From Neophaeotheca triangularis (Eukaryota), in NCBI GenBank assembly GCA_054600435.1, contig BAAIJX010000054.1, positions 62,001 through 126,000 on the forward strand: 64,000 nt of DNA, read 5' to 3'. The notes under the pieces are model-generated. The model saw only the letters and a program-made list of their open reading frames with translations, was not told where the DNA came from and did no database searches. Below are positions 57,420 to 64,000 of the stretch, piece after piece (positions within the stretch are counted from its first letter, which is position 1; each line of letters starts with the position of its first letter). Both the position numbers and the translations under genes were made by a program.

Positions 57420-60341
57420 ATGTTCTTGGACCCCGAACCAAAGGGAAGGCAAGGCCGGTCTCCAAACACGATGTCGGGCTTCTTCTCATCGCAACGGCCC
57501 ATTGAAGATCCGCGCGATCTTTCAAATACCATCAAGCGCAAGCCTTTGCACGAACGATCACAATCTCAGAACAATCGACAAAGGCCTGGTAAAGATTCGC
57601 ACGTACCGACAGTCCGCTTGGTAAAGAAATCACCTTCGCCATCGACGACACCACGCAAGACAGAGTATCAACTTCATGAAGATGCTGAAAAAGAAAATAC
57701 CGCCCATGATGCACGTGCATCTTACTTGACAAAGTCGAGAGCAGCTGGGTCGCTTAGCCCGTCGAAGCCGGGGTTTTCGGCTTCAGATCAAGACTACGGT
57801 GTTTCAGATGAAATTTGTCCGACGAATAAACTGCCCAAGCTTGACCTGCCTCCAGCAGCTACCTTGCAAGCGAAGAACAGTGCGTACCTGGTGCCTAACA
57901 CAGCATGGCATCGTCGCTGCACTTCTTCTGGCGATTTCTCAGAGAGCTCGACTTTGAGAGACCTGGAATACAGCTTCGGTTCCTCAAGTCGAAGAAGCGG
58001 TAGGTTCAGCCAGGGAACTACACTACGTGGAACACCTCCACCTTTCGCCGACTTAGAAGATCCGGACCAAGATTCTTCGCGAAAAGTACGACACGATACT
58101 GCCAACGATCAGCTCCCTACGCACCTGTTACCTTCTGTGGTGGAAGCTTCTCCCGAGCGATCGACCACTCAAATTGTTTCGCCATATCCCACATCGCAAG
58201 AGAGCAGCGACCGCGAGAAGGATGCTGGATCGTCCACATCATCACTAGAACATCGCCACTCTCAAATTCTTGAAACTCGGGAAGTTCCCCTCCAGAGCTC
58301 CGAAAGGAGCTCCCTTCGATCACAAGATACATTCCAACAGTTCGGATTACGACAGGTCCCCCGCTCGCAGACCAGCAAAGAAACATTTGCGGAGTCGGAG
58401 ACTGCGCCACAATCTCATTCGCCCTACCTTCTAGCATACGATTCCGACGCCTCACGACCGCGATCGGCGTCGTATCCATTGCACGCCGCAACCTCGATAG
58501 AGTCTATCCAATCTCGGCTGAGCCGGGCTTCAGACCGCCAGCTTTGGACAGGCCCGAAGTTGTCGACACGCACTTCTCAGGCCTCAATCGGGCCTTCATC
58601 TTCTACAGACACTCTCCCGCCATTGCGAGTGCCCAAGAAGCGATTGCGACACAAGCAAGGCAGTCTCTCGTTGGGATCCATTGCCGCACAGGGCATCGGT
58701 GCTGGACTGACGGCCAACATGGTTACGCAGGAAGAGATAGATACCTTGCCATGGCCACGGCAACCGTTCAGCAGCCATCTCAGCACCATTGCCAGCGAAA
58801 GCGACCGACAGAGTAGCCGACAACTGAGCCACTTCTCGTTGGGTAGTGGAGTCTTGACTGGTGACGATGCGAGCAGTATTCCGTTGTCGACTTGGCGTGA
58901 TAAGCGGGGCGAAAGTGTTCCGATGTCCATCGACGAGGAGCCGCCGCAGCAATATCTGCCTGCTAGTAGCCATGGCAATGATGAAGAGCCAGGAGACATG
59001 ACTTTGGGTGTGTTCCGGGCAGAAAGTGCGAAGCCAGAGCCTTTATTCAGGTCGAACCAGAATGGAAACGATGGCAAGCAGTACCATGGTCCGCGACCGC
59101 CTATCCCACCAATCCCAAGAAGCAGAGACAGCGACGAGAAGTTCGACACTGTTTCCGACCTTTCCGCGCCAGCCCTGAGGCAACAAAGATCTGGATATTC
59201 TCTCAGACGGCGGAGTAACAGCAATCCCAGTCAGACTCATTCGAGAGGCGTCAGCCAGATCAGTTACAATGAGAGCGAAAGAGGAAGCCATGGCAGTAGT
59301 CTATTCCCAGTCTGGGCAAAACACTTCTACTCAGGCACCGCTGGTCTGCTGTCCGCAAGCAAAATTAGTCTTACTCTACCTCCAGACGCCAGGCAACAGC
59401 AAGCCCCAACACACGGTAGATACGACAGCCAATGGACCGATCGCAGCACGACCAGTCGCTTAGGAACAGGATATAGTGAGCTCGATAACGGATCGCCAAC
59501 AAGTTCCCATTTCCTCCCCAGCATCTTTCGCCCACGAACCCGACAAAGGGCCGATACAGAAGGCGCAGAGAACAGGCAGAGCTCTCGGTTTGCTCGTTCG
59601 CGCTCGCAGACTCCAAAAGCACAACTCCCTGCTGAGCCGGACAGCCGACCGGACTCCATGGGCATCTTCAACGACCCCCTTCCAGAGAGCAGGCAAGGCC
59701 CCAATGAGACCCTTCCTTCTGGACAGCCCAAATGGGGCACTCTTAAAGACAAGTCGAACGAGCCAAACTTACCCCCCTTGCCGCGGAAATACAGCAAGCA
59801 GAAGCTCTGGGACGACATGGAATATCCAAGGGCCATGAGTCGAGACCGAATAAGCGATTTCAAGCAACCGCACCTTGTGCCAAGCAAACGAGCTTCGCAG
59901 AGCCGAATGTCAACCTGGCAGGCACCGTCGCTCACAGAGAGTTTTGGTAGCTTTTTGCGGTCCCCGAGCAGTCCACAACTCTTGCTTTTCACCTGCGGCT
60001 TCGTGTTTCCTCCGCTTTGGATTGTCGCAGCTTTACTGCCTCTGCCGAAGAAGCCCATCAGTGCCCACGATTTAGAGAAAATGCGAGGCACGGGGAGCGA
60101 AGAGGACGTCGAGGCGGCAATGGTCAGACATGAAGCAGGTGATGCTGAAAAGAGGTGGAGGGAAGAAAGGCAGTACTTGAAGGCGAGGTGGTGGAGGTGT
60201 TTGAACCGCATCATGAGTGTGGTGGGAGTTCTGGTTATAGGCGCAATCGTAAGTCTGCGAGTGAATCCCCTCCCTCGTCAAAGCTGTGAACCTAACTAGT
60301 CTTCACAGATAGCATTGGCAGTGGTCGCTTCTACAAGATGA
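57420..60341 (+). CDS. Serine-rich hypothetical protein with C-terminal membrane segments
   Basis: About 955-aa disordered Ser-rich ORF ending LLFTCGFVFPPLWIVAALLPLP ... ARWWRCLNRIMSVVGVLVIGAI|IALAVVASTR*; last intron 60249-60308. Confidence 0.85.
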
Positions 60342-61202
60342 CGCGCCATGAATCAGATCGTCTTCCAGCTCTGGAAACGGCGACAGCAGACCAGAGGACA
60401 ACATCCACCCTGCTTCGGCAGAGCCAACATTTCACGACACTCACTCTTTGATTCAGCGTTCCGGCAATGCGACTTTTCTTTGCACGATACCCACGCGCGA
60501 TTATTATCGATCTAATGTTTCTTTGTATTTATGGCAAATAGATAGGGCTGGGCAGTTGCGCATACGCAAGGGCGATTTCTTAGGCCGTGCTACCACGACC
60601 AGGCTCATCATTTCAAAATTCTCTTTCACCGAGCAACCAGCTTTCACATACCGCAAGGAGTTGCATGTAGATCAACGTTGCACTCTCGCTGAAAATAGTA
60701 CAAACAGCAGATCCTGGGAACGCATCGGAGCCGTGCCAGCCAGCGGCAGGGGGCTCAAACAGCCGTCTTGTTTCAAGCGTGGAGATGTGCCAAGTCTGCA
60801 GTGCCAGCATTCCTCCACCGCCCTCACGCGCGCCTTTACCTCCCACCGACTTTTTCCTCGGCGTAGAAGTGGTAGAATTAGTATGTTCGTGAGACGTGAA
60901 TATCGTCTTGAATGTTGCTGCGGGTCTTTTGCCGACGGAGAAGTGACGTCTGTGTCGCAGGTAGGTGCTGGGGAGGCATTCAAAGGGAAGCCGCGTTGTC
61001 TTTCAAGGTGGTTGGTGTTGCCCTTCTCAACTACCTACATCTACTTTCTCCTCTACTTTCTTTCCGTCCCGTAATACTTCTGCTTCTACTACGCCGTTTC
61101 CCTTTCTGATCTAGTAACACGCCTCCTACAACCTTCCAGCGAAGGAGCAACACATTGCGAAAGAAAAACAACTGATACGATTCTCCTGATACAAACCCCA
61201 AA

Positions 61203-61816
61203 ATGTTCTCGACGCTCCTCTCAACCATCGTTTTGACCCTCATCACCACGGCCCAGGCCCGCATTGTCCCACGCCAAAACGTCCGATCCGACAACTTCGT
61301 ACGCCACCCTGGCCCCCCAACCCCCAAACTCCCCAAGCTCCAACCCACTAATCCAATCCACAGACCATAACCGCCTACTCCACGTCCACGAATCAGAGCG
61401 TCGGCGACCTCTCCCTGCACACCTGCAACAGCACCGCCCAGCGCCTGCCCATCTTCACGCGCTCCAACACCTCGCCCCTCGTCGCACACACAACCTACCA
61501 GCCCTTCCCCAGCTACAGCAGCCTCCTCTTCCCCGAGCTGCACGCCGGGCTCCGCGTTCTCGCCGTCCTACCCGACGAGCCGCTGCGACAAGCGACGATC
61601 GTGGCGGAGAATCTGGGCCCGAGTTACGGGTGGGTTGTCGATGAGGGCGAGCGGGAGTTGAGGCATGTGGTTGCTGGGCAGGGTTTGGCGACTGTGTTTT
61701 TGAGTTGTGCGCAGAAAGGGACGGCTGGGGAGTACGAGGCGTTGTTCTTGGGGTCGCGGGATGCGGAGGTGCCTGGTGGGTGCGAGGTCGTGAAGTTGGG
61801 AGTGCAGTTTGTTTGA
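61203..61816 (+). CDS. Small secreted protein (about 183 aa, 3 Cys), 2 exons
   Basis: Signal peptide MFSTLLSTIVLTLITTAQA; intron GTACGC..CTAAT..CAG (61299-61363); exon 2 stays open to ...FLSCAQ...PGGCEVVKLGVQFV*. Confidence 0.82.
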
Positions 61817-62233
61817 GTTGGTTGGGTGCGTGAGATCTTTGGTGGATGGCCGGGGAATGATGGGGAAGTCCCTAAGGTCGGGCTGATGGGATGATGGGGT
61901 AATTCTTGTTGGTGTCTCTGGCGCTTGGCATGTGTTGAGCTTGCCTTGGACCGCTCTGCTCGTCCGTCTCTTCGGTTGCGGAGGATTGATTCGACAGTCT
62001 CCACAACGCTGAGCGACGGCACTCTCTATGGATACTAATTTACGACACTCCTTACGAAGCACGCCGAAGCTGTGCACCACGGGCGAGGAATGGAAAGAGG
62101 CGGCCTGCGCGAATATCGCTGCTGTACAGCTAGAGTAGAAGTAATACAAAAGCCCTTGTAATCTATACCGAGCCCTATTAGTGTCCTAGGTATCCCCTCG
62201 TAAACGCCAATGCGCCACGCTTCGCCCATGCAG

Positions 62234-64000
62234 TCAAATCATCAAGATCAAGCCTAGTACCGCAGCCGCTCCAAACACCATGGCGTTGCTTACGCTCTGC
62301 GAGCTGCCCGAGTTGCGGTAGTAGACCGCACCCAGATAGCTGCAAGTGACTGTACCGTTGTCACTCCGCTTCCCATAGTCCACTTCCAGCCCGACACCAG
62401 AATCAGGACAACCAAACCCCAACTTCGCCGGGCAGCTTTGAACCAGACTATAGCACAAATCCTCACAAGGCAAGACTTCCTTGTATGGCCCAGGTAAGAC
62501 TTGGGCGTTGATGATGCCGGCATTGCGCGTACTGTTCGACGCCCGCACCGACCCTCTAGTCTGTCTGAAAGCAGGCGAGCCATCGAGGGACGGCGCGCCT
62601 GGCATTGGCGTATAGGGCTCATTCAAATACGTCTCGTCTACCATGGATGTGTTGCTAAGATAGGCCATACCGACATTGCGAGGTTGAAGAAAGTCCATGT
62701 TTGCAGAAAAGTCTTCGCAGCGAGGGATCGTCACAGCGCACAGCCATTCCTTGTAGGCCGTGGCGCAGTCTGTGCAGTCCTTGGCCAGGCTGTACTTGGA
62801 GTCGTTGGAAGCGTTGCAGGCCACTTGCTGCAAGCTGTAGTTGAAGTTTTGGTACAAGCTCGCTGCGTAGTTGTCGTAGACGGCACCCAAAGCAGCGGTG
62901 GAGGCGAAAGTGTTGGGATTGCTGGGAACAGCGTAGGCGACTTCATTGCAAAAAGAGAGGTTGAAGAGGAGACCGCAGTTGCCGTCTCTCTTGGTCATAA
63001 AAGGAATACTCTGCCACACTGTGCCCCCTCCGCCGACGACGCCCGCACCAGAAGCCGTCGAGTTGCCAGTCTTGGCCAAGATTCCGTTGTACGTGCTAGA
63101 ACGATTCAGCCGAGTAATATAGAATTGCTCTTTTGGCTTGTTGCCCAGCCCACGAGAGGTCATGCCCAGCTCTACGTCCGACATGAGACCGAGGTCATCT
63201 TTTTCACCAGCGATGATTTGCGAGTTCATACGCATACCGCAATATGAATGTTCCAGTCCTCGAGTCTTGGTGTAGTTGTTGTTGTTACCAAAGAAGGTAT
63301 AAGGGGGAGCCAGATCCATCCATTCTTTGTATACATCATCCGAGGGATCGGCTTCAGTGAGATTGTTCGTAACCAGCAAAGCAGAGGTTGTGTCGACGTC
63401 TACGAGATGCAGGAACTCACTAGAGTCGAAACCATGGTAGTAGTCAGTTAGCGAGACCGCCAGTTCATAATTCCAGTCTCCTTCGAACTCGTCGGGCAGT
63501 TCTGGCGCGTGGACCGATATGTAAAATTCCTCACTCCTTTCAATGGTGACGTTGGCGAAGCCCCCTTCCAGGGATCTTTCGATTTGATTTCGACTTCGAA
63601 AGTCGCTGCCAGGTCCGGGTCTTCTGTTATCGGAAGAATTGGAAACGTAAAGTGTCAACTGGGGCGGCGGGTCCCTCAGCTCATCATTTGCGCCATTGTA
63701 CCTCGGCTGCAGGCAAGTGTTGATCGAGATGTATACAGTCTGGTCGTTCTGTCTTGCGTGTAGCCTACCGTCGCCCTCTGCACCTTTGTCCCGCTTGCGG
63801 AGCTCCAGGTGATCTGGCGCTTCTATGGAGCGCTTATCCTCGCTTTCGCCGGGTAGACCTTTGGGCTTATCTGCACGTGTGGCAAGGAGCAGGTCCTTCG
63901 AATAGACCCAATAGGTGGTTTCGCCCGCTACAGCGTTCATGTTGTTGGGGGAGTCGTTGTCGTCGATTGCCATAGGTTCATCCCCATCGTCCTGTCTCTT
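62234..64000 (-). CDS. MID1: Calcium influx protein Mid1 (Cch1 channel subunit); 5' end lies outside the window
   Basis: YISINTCLQP, CNEVAYAVP, NFNYSLQQVAC, CATAYKEWLCAVTIPRC and YKEVLPCEDLCYSLVQSCPAKLGFGCP; many N-glycosylation sites; hydrophobic C-terminus. Confidence 0.95.
   Translation of the reverse strand, partial: KRQDDGDEPMAIDDNDSPNNMNAVAGETTYWVYSKDLLLATRADKPKGLPGESEDKRSIEAPDHLELRKRDKGAEGDGRLHARQNDQTVYISINTCLQPRYNGANDELRDPPPQLTLYVSNSSDNRRPGPGSDFRSRNQIERSLEGGFANVTIERSEEFYISVHAPELPDEFEGDWNYELAVSLTDYYHGFDSSEFLHLVDVDTTSALLVTNNLTEADPSDDVYKEWMDLAPPYTFFGNNNNYTKTRGLEHSYCGMRMNSQIIAGEKDDLGLMSDVELGMTSRGLGNKPKEQFYITRLNRSSTYNGILAKTGNSTASGAGVVGGGGTVWQSIPFMTKRDGNCGLLFNLSFCNEVAYAVPSNPNTFASTAALGAVYDNYAASLYQNFNYSLQQVACNASNDSKYSLAKDCTDCATAYKEWLCAVTIPRCEDFSANMDFLQPRNVGMAYLSNTSMVDETYLNEPYTPMPGAPSLDGSPAFRQTRGSVRASNSTRNAGIINAQVLPGPYKEVLPCEDLCYSLVQSCPAKLGFGCPDSGVGLEVDYGKRSDNGTVTCSYLGAVYYRNSGSSQSVSNAMVFGAAAVLGLILMI

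Noticed and set aside
1..64000. tRNA genes, CRISPR arrays and intact transposases
   Set aside because: No cloverleaf or box A/B pattern, repeat-spacer array or transposase ORF was seen by eye; tRNAscan-SE and RepeatMasker would be needed to exclude them fully.

Overview
This is eukaryotic DNA from a filamentous ascomycete: short GT..CTRAY..YAG introns and Pezizomycotina-type genes; Dothideomycetes is my inference. Both ends hold housekeeping genes: NEO1 flippase and SEC16 on the left; PPT1, SPT4, RCE1, a Ser-rich membrane protein and a 5'-truncated MID1 on the right. MAK16 and BET1 sit in the middle. Two accessory blocks lie between them. The 17-33 kb block holds a Zn-ADH, a PSD2-type decarboxylase, an MFS transporter, a P450, small conserved hypotheticals and a beta-trefoil-like/coiled-coil protein. 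The 36-52 kb block holds a 5S rRNA fragment, gene relics, a GAP1-like permease and a secreted choice-of-anchor-B-like protein. The most unusual signal is at 19.7-23.8 kb, where neighbouring, otherwise frame-intact genes are interrupted almost only by in-frame TAG codons. These are the decarboxylase (one TAG), a hidden spliced gene with six canonical CCHC zinc knuckles (four TAGs) and a divergent coiled-coil gene start (two TAGs). RIP-type mutation is the default explanation, but stop-codon recoding or A-to-I editing cannot be excluded from sequence alone. A second oddity is a degenerate copy of the permease at about 40-41.5 kb, best conserved across its introns, with long protein-like frames on the opposite strand. 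All calls were made by eye with no database searches, and exon boundaries are manual predictions.
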